From: an uncultured Bacilli bacterium
GTDB taxonomy: Bacteria; Bacillota_I; Bacilli_A; RF39; UBA660
DNA: 35,491 nt
Assembly (NCBI GenBank): GCA_944351315.1
Contig: CALVPL010000034.1
Coordinates: forward strand, 1-35,491
Direction: 5' to 3'
A program made the translations under genes and the position numbers. The notes under the pieces are model-generated. The model saw nothing but the letters and a program-made list of their open reading frames with translations, was not told where the DNA came from and ran no database searches. Numbering within the stretch: the stretch's first letter is position 1; the number at the start of each line of letters is the position of its first letter. Positions 1 through 9,882 of this stretch are shown here, one piece after another.

Positions 1-969
1 CGTTATTATGCGATGGATCGTGATAAAAATTTTGATCGTACGAAAAAGTATTATGATTTGCTGGTTAAAGGTGAGGGATTATTTGCTTCTAGTATTCCTT
101 TAATGATTCAAAAGTGCTATGGAAATAATATTACAGATGAATTTTTACCTCCAATTAAAACGAAAGATTTTCAAGCAATTCGTGATGGAGATGCTGTTTT
201 GTGGATGAATTACCGAACCGATCGTGCTAAACAAATTGTTAGTTCTTTTGTTCAAAATTCTTTTGAAGACTTTGCGATAGTTCCTATGCCTAATTTAAGA
301 GTTTATTCTTTTTTGCCAATTGATTCTAAGATTAAAACTCGTAATTTTTTGGAAAGACCTAAAATTACAAATCCATTAGGAGTTTATTTTGCAGATCTAG
401 GATTAACACAAGCTAGAATTGCCGAGACAGAAAAATATGCTCATGTTACTTATTTTTTTGATGCTGAAAGTAATGCTTCTTTAAGTGGGTGTCAGAAATT
501 TTTGATTCCTTCTCCTAAGGTAGCTACTTATGATTTAAAACCGGAGATGAGTGCAATTGAAGTTACCAAGAAATGTGTAGCTTGTCTGGAAAAAGATTAT
601 GATTTTATTTTAGTGAATTATGCCAATCCGGATATGGTTGGTCATACAGGAAATTTAGATGCAACGGTTAAAGCCTGTGTAACGGTTGATTTATGTTTGA
701 AGATGCTTTATGAAAAAGCAGAAGAAAATTTTTATACTTTAATTGTTTTAGCAGATCATGGTAATGCCGATCAAATGCTTGATGCTCAAGGTCATCCTGT
801 AACTACTCATACTACTAGCTTAGTTCCTTTTCTTATTACAGATGAAAAAGTTGTTTTAAAAGAAAAAGGTGATTTGACGAATGTTGCTCCAACTATTTTA
901 GAGTATATGGATATTACTGTCCCAAAAGAAATGAGAGAATCTGGAAGTTTATTTGTGCATAAAAATTAG
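1..969 (+). CDS. gpmI: 2,3-bisphosphoglycerate-independent phosphoglycerate mutase, C-terminal part (5' end upstream of window)
   Basis: The frame is open from nt 1. The translation carries iPGM-type motifs ('NYANPDMVGHTGN', 'LADHGNADQM'). Stop TAG at 967-969. Confidence 0.85.
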   Translation, partial: RYYAMDRDKNFDRTKKYYDLLVKGEGLFASSIPLMIQKCYGNNITDEFLPPIKTKDFQAIRDGDAVLWMNYRTDRAKQIVSSFVQNSFEDFAIVPMPNLRVYSFLPIDSKIKTRNFLERPKITNPLGVYFADLGLTQARIAETEKYAHVTYFFDAESNASLSGCQKFLIPSPKVATYDLKPEMSAIEVTKKCVACLEKDYDFILVNYANPDMVGHTGNLDATVKACVTVDLCLKMLYEKAEENFYTLIVLADHGNADQMLDAQGHPVTTHTTSLVPFLITDEKVVLKEKGDLTNVAPTILEYMDITVPKEMRESGSLFVHKN

Positions 970-990
970 GAAATATTTTTTCCTTTTTTT
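968..990 (+). terminator. Rho-independent terminator after gpmI
   Basis: Stem AGGAAA (968-973) / TTTCCT (979-984) followed by a T-run (985-990). Confidence 0.6.
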
Positions 991-1034
991 CTTGTCTATT
1001 TTTTGTCATAAATCTTCTTTTTTATTTAGAGCTT

Positions 1035-1043
1035 TGTTATAAT
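1035..1043 (+). promoter_or_regulatory. Extended -10 promoter element (TGtTATAAT) for the pcrA operon
   Basis: TGTTATAAT lies 19 nt upstream of ATG 1062. The -35 region is weak and T-rich. Confidence 0.4.
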
Positions 1044-1061
1044 GTTTATGAGGTAATAGAC

Positions 1062-3146
1062 ATGATTGATTTAACAAGTTTGAATGATTTACAAAAAGAA
1101 GCTGTTTTGCATAAAGATGGTCCTTGTTTAGTTATTGCGGGAGCAGGAAGTGGTAAAACAAAAGTTTTAACGACGCGAATTGCAAAACTAATAGAAAGTG
1201 GTATTGATTCTTATCATATTTTAGCGATTACTTTTACGAATAAAGCTGCTAAAGAAATGAAAGAAAGATTGGAAAAAATTGTTTCAGAAAATGATGCATT
1301 TGTCGGAACTTTTCACTCTTTTGGAATGCGAATTATTCGTGAGAATGTTTTAAAGCTTGGCATGGAAAGAAATTTTACTATTTTAGATAGTGATGATGTT
1401 TTAAGTTTAATAAAAAAGATTTTAAAAGAAAAAGGATATGATACTAAAGAAGTATCTCCTTCTTATATTCGGAATCGAATTAGTTTTATTAAGAATGAAA
1501 TGTTAACTAATGCTGAAATTGAGAAATTCTTTCAAAGCGATATGGAGAAAATTGCTTATGAGGTATATTTGGAGTACAATTTGAAGTTAAAACAAAATAA
1601 CTCAGTAGATTTTGATGATTTATTAAGACTTCCTGTATTGCTTTTTCAGGAACATCCTGAGGTACTCGATCATTATCAAGATAAATTTCAATACATTTTA
1701 ATTGATGAGTATCAAGATACGAATGAAGTGCAATATAAATTGGTGAAATTATTGGCTCGAAAATATCAAAATTTATTTGTTGTAGGCGATCCAGATCAAT
1801 CTATTTATCAGTTTCGAGGAGCAAATTATAAAAACATTTTGAATTTTGAAAGAGATTATCCAAATGCGAAAGTTGTTTCTTTAGAAGATAATTATCGAAG
1901 CACAAAAATGATTTTGGATGCTGCAAATAGTGTTATAAAAAATAATAAAGAACGTAAAGAAAAGAATTTAAGAAGTCATCATGGAGATGGATTAAAAATT
2001 AAATATATGCGAGCTTATGATGAAAAAAATGAAATTTCTTTAGTTATTTCTGAAATTAGAAAATTATTTGAATTAGGATATAAAAATAAGGATATTGCAG
2101 TTTTTTACAGAACAAATGCACAAGCCAGAGTTGTTGAAGAACAATTTTTAAAAGCTAATATTCCTTATAAAGTTGTCGGAAGTTATTATTTTTATGCTCG
2201 TAAGGAAATTAAAGATTTGATTTGTTATTTGCGACTTATTTTAAATGCTCATGATAATGTTTCTTTAGAAAGAGTTATTAATGTTCCTAAAAGAGGAATT
2301 GGTAATTCGAGTATTTCTAAGCTTGTAAGTGAAGCTCAAGAAAGAAATGTGAGTATGTTTGAAGTTTTACATACTCCGAAAGAACTTGAATTTAAACAAT
2401 TGATTTTAGATTTACAAAAATTTAGTGAGTCTTCTTCTTTAACTGAATTAGTAGATGCTGTATTAGAAAAAACAGGAATAAAAGAAGAGCTTTCAAAAGA
2501 TCCTTCTTTAGAAAGTGAGCTTAGATTAGATAACTTAATGGAGTTTCGGAGTATTACTAAAACTTATGAAGATACGACAGGAAGTGTTGATTTAGGAGAT
2601 TTTTTAGAAGAGATTAGTTTAGTTGCGGATATTTCTGAACATAAAAATACGGATGATGTAGTTACTTTAATGACGATGCATAGTGCTAAAGGGCTTGAAT
2701 TTCCAGTTGTTTTTTTAGTCGGAATGGAAGATGGAATTTTTCCTCATCAAAATAGTTTTAATGAGGAAGGTGGAATTGAAGAAGAACGACGTTTATGTTA
2801 TGTCGCGATTACAAGAGCTAAAGAAAGATTATATTTATCCAATGCGAAATCAAGAATGATGTATGGGCAAATTAATCGAAATATTCCAAGTCGGTTTATT
2901 GAAGAGATAGATGGTAATTTAATTGAAAAAGAGTTTTCAGAACCTACAGAAAATATTATTCATAAAGAAGATATGTATACTGAAGAAGATGTTTCTTATC
3001 AAATTGGAGATGTGGTTATGCATACGATTTATGGTCGTGGTGTTGTTGTCGGAGTCGATTCTTCGTTAGTTACGATTGCTTTTAGTAAACAGTATGGAAT
3101 TCGAAAATTGATGAAAAATCATAAAAGTTTAAAGAAAGTGTCGTGA
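1062..3146 (+). CDS. pcrA: ATP-dependent DNA helicase PcrA/UvrD (superfamily 1)
   Basis: Motifs 'AGAGSGKT', 'TFTNKAAKEM', 'DEYQDTN', 'VGDPDQSIYQFRGA', 'TMHSAKGLEFPVVF', 'RRLCYVAITRAK'. SD GAGGT sits 7 nt before the ATG. TGA stop. Confidence 0.95.
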   Translation: MIDLTSLNDLQKEAVLHKDGPCLVIAGAGSGKTKVLTTRIAKLIESGIDSYHILAITFTNKAAKEMKERLEKIVSENDAFVGTFHSFGMRIIRENVLKLGMERNFTILDSDDVLSLIKKILKEKGYDTKEVSPSYIRNRISFIKNEMLTNAEIEKFFQSDMEKIAYEVYLEYNLKLKQNNSVDFDDLLRLPVLLFQEHPEVLDHYQDKFQYILIDEYQDTNEVQYKLVKLLARKYQNLFVVGDPDQSIYQFRGANYKNILNFERDYPNAKVVSLEDNYRSTKMILDAANSVIKNNKERKEKNLRSHHGDGLKIKYMRAYDEKNEISLVISEIRKLFELGYKNKDIAVFYRTNAQARVVEEQFLKANIPYKVVGSYYFYARKEIKDLICYLRLILNAHDNVSLERVINVPKRGIGNSSISKLVSEAQERNVSMFEVLHTPKELEFKQLILDLQKFSESSSLTELVDAVLEKTGIKEELSKDPSLESELRLDNLMEFRSITKTYEDTTGSVDLGDFLEEISLVADISEHKNTDDVVTLMTMHSAKGLEFPVVFLVGMEDGIFPHQNSFNEEGGIEEERRLCYVAITRAKERLYLSNAKSRMMYGQINRNIPSRFIEEIDGNLIEKEFSEPTENIIHKEDMYTEEDVSYQIGDVVMHTIYGRGVVVGVDSSLVTIAFSKQYGIRKLMKNHKSLKKVS

Positions 3147-3150
3147 GTTT

Positions 3151-3510
3151 ATGCAAGAAAATTCTTTTTTAGAAAATGTTTTAACACGAATATATCGTCG
3201 TGGTTCTTCTTATTTAACAGTGGTTCAAAAAGTTGTTCCTACTGGATATATGACTATTCATACTATTTTTGATAATACTTTTAATTTTACTTTATATCCT
3301 GCGATTCATGAAGAGTTATCGGATGTTATTTCTTTTTGTTTACGTTTTCAAAAAAGCAAACAACTTTATTGTTCTTTTATAGAAAAAGAAGAAATGGTTG
3401 ATGAAAAACTTCATTATAAAAAATTATGGGAAGCTAAGGGCGAAAGTATTGAGGAAGCTTTGGTTTTATTAGAAGAAAAAATTCAAATGGAGAAAGGTTT
3501 GGGAAGATAA
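3151..3510 (+). CDS. Hypothetical protein, 119 aa
   Basis: ORF starts 4 nt after the pcrA stop, and its stop overlaps the next start (TAATG). No recognisable motif. Confidence 0.65.
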   Translation: MQENSFLENVLTRIYRRGSSYLTVVQKVVPTGYMTIHTIFDNTFNFTLYPAIHEELSDVISFCLRFQKSKQLYCSFIEKEEMVDEKLHYKKLWEAKGESIEEALVLLEEKIQMEKGLGR

Positions 3511-4418
3511 TGCAAGATTTAACACTTGTTGTCATGGCGGCTGGAATGGGCAGTCGTTTTGGTGGATTAAAACAAATTACACCAGTAGATTTAGAAGGAA
3601 ATTTTTTAATTGATTATTCTATATATGACGCTATAAAAGCTGGATTTTCTAAAGTTGTTTTTATTATTAAAGAAGAGAATTTGGAGGATTTTCGTAATAC
3701 TATTGGAAAACGTTTGGAAAATAAAATTTCTGTAAGTTATGTTTTTCAACGATTAGAAGATGTTCCTGAATTCGTAAAGATTCCTGAAACTCGAGTAAAA
3801 CCTTGGGGAACTGTTCAGGCTCTTTTGGCTGCTAAAAACGAAATTCAAGGACCATTCGCGGTTATTAATGCTGATGATTTTTATGGTTTTGATTCTTATA
3901 AAATCGTAGCTCAATATTTGAAAAATTCTTTAAATGAAAATGAACATATTGCTATTCCTTATCCGATAAGTCGTGTTTGTAGTGCTCATGGCTCTGTAAA
4001 ACGAGGAGTACTGTTTTATCATGAAAATCAAGTTCTTAAGATTTTAGAATGTAATGTTGAATATCAAAATGAAAAATATTTAGCTCAACCATTGGATGGA
4101 AGTGAATCTTTTCTTATCGAGAGTGATCATCCGGTTTCAATGAATATGTTTGGATTTAAAACTTCTATTTTGGAAAAATTGGAAGAATATTTTGTTCGAT
4201 TTATGAAAGAAAATGAAAATTCTTTAGAAAATAAAGAAGCTTTGTTACCAATATTTTTAGAAGATGCTTTGTTAAAAAAAGAAATTTCTTTAACTTATCA
4301 ACTTAGTAAAGGAACTTGGATTGGAATGACTTATAAAGAAGATTTACAAGAAGTCCAAGAAAAAATTGAGGAATTAAAAAGAAATCAAGAATATCCTATT
4401 CATTTATGGCAAAAATAA
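3510..4418 (+). CDS. Sugar-phosphate nucleotidyltransferase family protein
   Basis: N-terminal 'VVMAAGMGSRFGGLKQ' (G-x-G-x-R...K NTP-transferase signature), plus 'KPWGT' and 'INADDFYG'. Confidence 0.75.
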   Translation: MQDLTLVVMAAGMGSRFGGLKQITPVDLEGNFLIDYSIYDAIKAGFSKVVFIIKEENLEDFRNTIGKRLENKISVSYVFQRLEDVPEFVKIPETRVKPWGTVQALLAAKNEIQGPFAVINADDFYGFDSYKIVAQYLKNSLNENEHIAIPYPISRVCSAHGSVKRGVLFYHENQVLKILECNVEYQNEKYLAQPLDGSESFLIESDHPVSMNMFGFKTSILEKLEEYFVRFMKENENSLENKEALLPIFLEDALLKKEISLTYQLSKGTWIGMTYKEDLQEVQEKIEELKRNQEYPIHLWQK

Positions 4419-6443
<2,025 letters not shown>

Positions 6444-6449
6444 AATTTT

Positions 6450-7337
6450 ATGAATGGAGAGGCTCAAAAAAATTTACAAATGCTTCAAGATTTTTTTAAA
6501 CAAGATGAAGAAATTAAAAAAATATTGGTAAACATATTGCAAGCAAGAGATTCATTGGTTGGAACATATCAAATGCAAAGATTTTTGCGGTTGCTTGATC
6601 GAGCTAGTGATCAATTTCAAAAAGTTTTTCAGAATTTTCTACCTTTATTAGAACTTTCTTCTGAAGAACATACCAATTTATTTAAAAATTTTGTTTCTTA
6701 TTTTTTTCAAAAATTGCAAGAAGATTTACAGAAGTGTGATTGTACGGAAATGGGTATTTATACGGTGGTTACAAAACGTTTTTCTTCTTTAAAACCAGAA
6801 TTTTTAGATATAGTTTATCAAAATTGTGTTGCCAATAAAGTTGCTTTTGATTTTAAAAAAATTGAAGAGACTTGTACTTCAATTAATGAGCTTTTACATT
6901 TTTACCATGCTTATATTATTAATAAACTAAATTATTCTAAAGTTTTTCCAATTGTGTTTGAAAAAAATAATATTGTACTTTGTGGAAAAGAAACAACTTT
7001 TTCTAAAAATGTTTTTGATAAGTTTCCAGTAGATTTAAAAAGTAGATATGTTCGAATTCTTTCTTATGATGAAAATTTTGTTTATGCTATTGTCCGAGAT
7101 TATGGGCACGCTACTTCTTTAAAGATTAAAAAAGATCATGAACAAGTATATGTGGAATATTTTATTCCAACCGTTACAAATTTTGAAAAAATTCAAGAGT
7201 TACCTGGTCTTAATCGAGTGTCTAAATATGATGATACGGGATGGGCAACGGGATCTTTTAGAGGAAATTTAGAAGATTTAGAAGAGTTTATTCAAAAAAT
7301 TCCTACAGATTTTGATATAAAAAAAGTTTTTAAATGA
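6450..7337 (+). CDS. Hypothetical protein, 295 aa, co-transcribed with ligA
   Basis: Long ORF 6 nt after the ligA stop. No recognisable motif. Confidence 0.7.
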   Translation: MNGEAQKNLQMLQDFFKQDEEIKKILVNILQARDSLVGTYQMQRFLRLLDRASDQFQKVFQNFLPLLELSSEEHTNLFKNFVSYFFQKLQEDLQKCDCTEMGIYTVVTKRFSSLKPEFLDIVYQNCVANKVAFDFKKIEETCTSINELLHFYHAYIINKLNYSKVFPIVFEKNNIVLCGKETTFSKNVFDKFPVDLKSRYVRILSYDENFVYAIVRDYGHATSLKIKKDHEQVYVEYFIPTVTNFEKIQELPGLNRVSKYDDTGWATGSFRGNLEDLEEFIQKIPTDFDIKKVFK

Positions 7338-7376
7338 AAAATACCAGTTTTAAACCAATGTTATTAACTTAAGAGA

Positions 7377-7404
7377 AGATAGATTTTAAAAATCTGTCTT
7401 TTTT
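7377..7404 (+). terminator. Rho-independent terminator of the pcrA-ligA operon
   Basis: 10-bp stem AGATAGATTT / AAATCTGTCT (one G-U pair), 3-nt loop, then TTTTT. Confidence 0.75.
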
Positions 7405-7408
7405 GATT

Positions 7409-7518
7409 TATGTTGAACTTTTTATAATGGAAGTCTTTATTTAATGGACTTCTTTTTAAAAGTTCAACATAACTAAAAGTTCAACATAAATCAAATTATG
7501 TGGAAATCCACATAATTT
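7409..7518. repeat. Cluster of nested inverted repeats and a tandem 16-mer
   Basis: 13-bp inverted repeat ATGTTGAACTTTT (7410-7422) / AAAAGTTCAACAT (7458-7470) encloses a GAAGTC/GACTTC hairpin (7430-7435 / 7447-7452). TAAAAGTTCAACATAA occurs twice in tandem (7457-7472, 7474-7489). A perfect 12-bp-arm palindrome AAATTATGTGGA-aa-TCCACATAATTT lies at 7493-7518. Confidence 0.85.
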
Positions 7519-7522
7519 TGTT

Positions 7523-7547
7523 AAAAAAAATATCCATTTTCTGGATA
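7523..7547 (-). terminator. Rho-independent terminator of trmB
   Basis: On the - strand: stem TATCCA/TGGATA (7531-7536 / 7542-7547) directly after the trmB stop, followed by a U8 run (A8 on the + strand, 7523-7530). Confidence 0.75.
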
Positions 7548-7549
7548 AA

Positions 7550-8188
7550 TTAATCTTCGAAACGAGCATCTACATAATAGATAGGTCGTCCTTCTTTAAA
7601 ATATTGTTTTTCATAGTTTGTCATAATGTTTGGAATAGGATTTTCATCATGATGAAGATCTAAGCTTATTCTTTTAAATGTGTACCAATAATTTGACAAG
7701 GATTCAAGAGAATAGGCAAAAAATCCTTTGTTATCAGTTTTTAAAATAATATGTTTTTGTTTTTTAAAGATTTTATCGTATTTTTTTAGAAAGTTTACGT
7801 GTGTAAATCTTTTCTTTTCGTCAATTTTTTTAGGCCAAGGATCACAGAAAGTTAGATATATTGTGTCAATTTCTTTTTGAAAAATATTATCCACTTCTTC
7901 GGCATTACAATTTATTAGTTTTAAGTTGGAGAGATTTTTATTAGTTAAATTTTCTACTGCTCGAACCATTTGAGAGTCGATTGCTTCTAAACCAATAAAA
8001 TTTATATTTGGATAGGTTTTAGCCATATCAATGATGAAATCGCCTCTTCCCATTCCTAATTCTAAAAAAATAGGATTTTTATTTTTAAATAGGGTATTCC
8101 ATTTTCCTTTATATTCTTTAGGATTGTTTACAACATAAGGACAATTTTTGACAATTTTATCTGCATTTTTAATTTTTATATATTCCAT
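7550..8188 (-). CDS. trmB: tRNA (guanine46-N7)-methyltransferase
   Basis: 212 aa with SAM-binding 'FLELGMGRGDF' and TrmB-type 'FCDPWPKK'. GGAG SD lies 8 nt before the ATG. Confidence 0.9.
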   Translation of the reverse strand: MEYIKIKNADKIVKNCPYVVNNPKEYKGKWNTLFKNKNPIFLELGMGRGDFIIDMAKTYPNINFIGLEAIDSQMVRAVENLTNKNLSNLKLINCNAEEVDNIFQKEIDTIYLTFCDPWPKKIDEKKRFTHVNFLKKYDKIFKKQKHIILKTDNKGFFAYSLESLSNYWYTFKRISLDLHHDENPIPNIMTNYEKQYFKEGRPIYYVDARFED

Positions 8189-8212
8189 AGTATGTTCTCC
8201 GTTTCTTTTCTT

Positions 8213-8240
8213 ATTATATCATAAGCTTTCTTTATTTGAA
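8213..8240 (-). promoter_or_regulatory. Sigma-A-type promoter for trmB
   Basis: On the - strand: TTCAAA, 16-nt spacer, then TGaTATAAT (extended -10). Confidence 0.5.
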
Positions 8241-8262
8241 AAATATTTTATTCGTGGGTTAG

Positions 8263-8291
8263 TTGTAATATTTTGGCTTGTATGATAGAAT
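8263..8291 (+). promoter_or_regulatory. Sigma-A-type promoter for the four-gene unknown operon
   Basis: TTGTAA (8263-8268), 17-nt spacer, TGaTAGAAT (8283-8291). This places the track's TTG start (8273) inside the promoter. Confidence 0.55.
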
Positions 8292-8317
8292 TTAATTATA
8301 ATAAGATTTGGGGTGTT

Positions 8318-9682
8318 ATGGTGAATATATCATTTGAAAATTCATGGAATAAATTTGAAGATTTTATTCATGAATATATGCAAGGATTACAAACTCAAAA
8401 AAGTCTTTTAGAAAAAAGTATAAGAAGTGAAAAGGTTATAAGTGCTGCGAGTCAAGATAGAACTATCGCTTCTGTTTTAAAAGCTAAAGAAGTTTTACTT
8501 TCTTTAGATGCTACTTTAAAAGTAGACATTGATATGCTTGAATTTTTTGAAAGCAATCAAGCAAGTTTGCTTTCTCAAGTGCAAGGTATTTTAAATAAAA
8601 TTTTTACATCTCAGGTTTTTCAGAATTCTGCAAAAAATTCGTTGGAAAATCAAAAAAAATTACAAGTTTTTGAAGCTAATATTTTGGAATGTCAAAAAAT
8701 TTTAGAGGGCAACGAATATTCCTTTCCTTATTTAACTAGCTTATTGGAAGTAAGTTCTTTAACAGAAAAAGAGAAACTGCAAATTTTAAGTAAAGTGGTT
8801 TATGAGTCTAGTCCTAAAATAGAAATTGAACAATCTTTACCGTTAAAGAAAACAGAAGTATCTAAGACTTTTTCGGTCGAAAGTATGTTGCCAATTTATC
8901 AAGAATTGTTAAATAAATCGAATTTGCTTTCTCATAAATATTATTATTTGTTAGAAGGAAAGAATAGCAGTCAATTAGAATATTTAAAAGCTGTGGTTTC
9001 TATTGTTCAAGATCATGAAGTTTCGCCTGAAGATTTTCAATACATTGAAGAGAAAATGTGTGTTTGTCTTTTAGAAATTTTTGATACTAAAAAAATACTT
9101 GAAGAATTTATGAAAACAATTCCAGATTTTAAAAATGTTTCTGAACAAACAAAAGATAGTTTGGAGTATTATTTGGAGTGTTTAAAAGATGCTATTTCAC
9201 AAATTGATGCTTTAGCTCCTAGATTAAAGACTCAAGACATTGCTTCTCAACCGGCTGATAATCTTATTTTCTTAATGAATGATCATAATTTACCAATGTT
9301 TCATTTAGAAGATTTTTCGGCAGAAGAAAAGAATCGAATTGCCAATTTACTTCGAGGATTATTACAAGGCAAGAAAGATTATGAACGAGGAGTAAAGCAT
9401 AGTAAACTTTTATCTGAACAAAAATTAGATTTTGATGTCTTTCTTAATAAAAATGGTGATATTGCGGTTTCATATGTGCTTTTATCTAATATGAATTTTT
9501 TGATTCTTACATTTGATCGTAAAAAAGATATTTATGATGCATCTTTGTATCTTTTAAAAAAATATCAAGGGAAAATTTCTTCTTTACAATCTGAAAATTT
9601 CTTTTCGTTACTTGGTGAACAAGAACCTTTTAAACAAGAATTGTTTTCACAACTTGGAATTGAAAGAGGGCAGGTATTATGA
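8318..9682 (+). CDS. Hypothetical protein A (454 aa from ATG 8318), helical N-terminal region plus distinct C-terminal module
   Basis: Long ORF. ATG 8318 is preceded by GGGGTG; the upstream TTG 8273 lies within the predicted promoter. No P-loop, transmembrane or catalytic motif seen. Confidence 0.8.
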   Translation: MVNISFENSWNKFEDFIHEYMQGLQTQKSLLEKSIRSEKVISAASQDRTIASVLKAKEVLLSLDATLKVDIDMLEFFESNQASLLSQVQGILNKIFTSQVFQNSAKNSLENQKKLQVFEANILECQKILEGNEYSFPYLTSLLEVSSLTEKEKLQILSKVVYESSPKIEIEQSLPLKKTEVSKTFSVESMLPIYQELLNKSNLLSHKYYYLLEGKNSSQLEYLKAVVSIVQDHEVSPEDFQYIEEKMCVCLLEIFDTKKILEEFMKTIPDFKNVSEQTKDSLEYYLECLKDAISQIDALAPRLKTQDIASQPADNLIFLMNDHNLPMFHLEDFSAEEKNRIANLLRGLLQGKKDYERGVKHSKLLSEQKLDFDVFLNKNGDIAVSYVLLSNMNFLILTFDRKKDIYDASLYLLKKYQGKISSLQSENFFSLLGEQEPFKQELFSQLGIERGQVL

Positions 9683-9882
9683 GGAGTAAAATGAATGATT
9701 TTTTTCAAAAAATAAAAAAGGATTGCTTTGAATTAATTGCCTTAAAGAAAGTAGATATTGGTGAGTTATCTTTTTTGTTAGGTATAAGTGAAAAGAAATT
9801 TTATCAAAATTTTACACATTGTATTGAAGACTTAACCTTTTATTTAAAAACCTATGACTTACTAGTAGAGTGGGGTGAATAA
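9679..9882 (+). CDS. Small HTH-like protein B (67 aa; alternative start ATG 9691)
   Basis: ATGA overlap with the upstream stop. The segment 'IGELSFLLGISEKKFYQNF' resembles a TetR/Xre-type helix-turn-helix. Confidence 0.65.
   Translation: MRSKMNDFFQKIKKDCFELIALKKVDIGELSFLLGISEKKFYQNFTHCIEDLTFYLKTYDLLVEWGE

Noticed and set aside
7457-7489. Tandem 16-nt repeat as a possible CRISPR or minisatellite
   Set aside because: There are only two copies separated by 1 nt, no spacers and no cas genes. It is reported as part of the repeat cluster instead.
7493-7547. DnaA-box-like sequences (TGTGGAAAT / ATTTCCACA in the palindrome, TCTGGATAA in the trmB terminator) as a possible replication origin
   Set aside because: Each has one or two mismatches to TTATCCACA. 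There are few copies, no dnaA/dnaN context and no AT-rich unwinding element pattern. The last one is simply a terminator arm.
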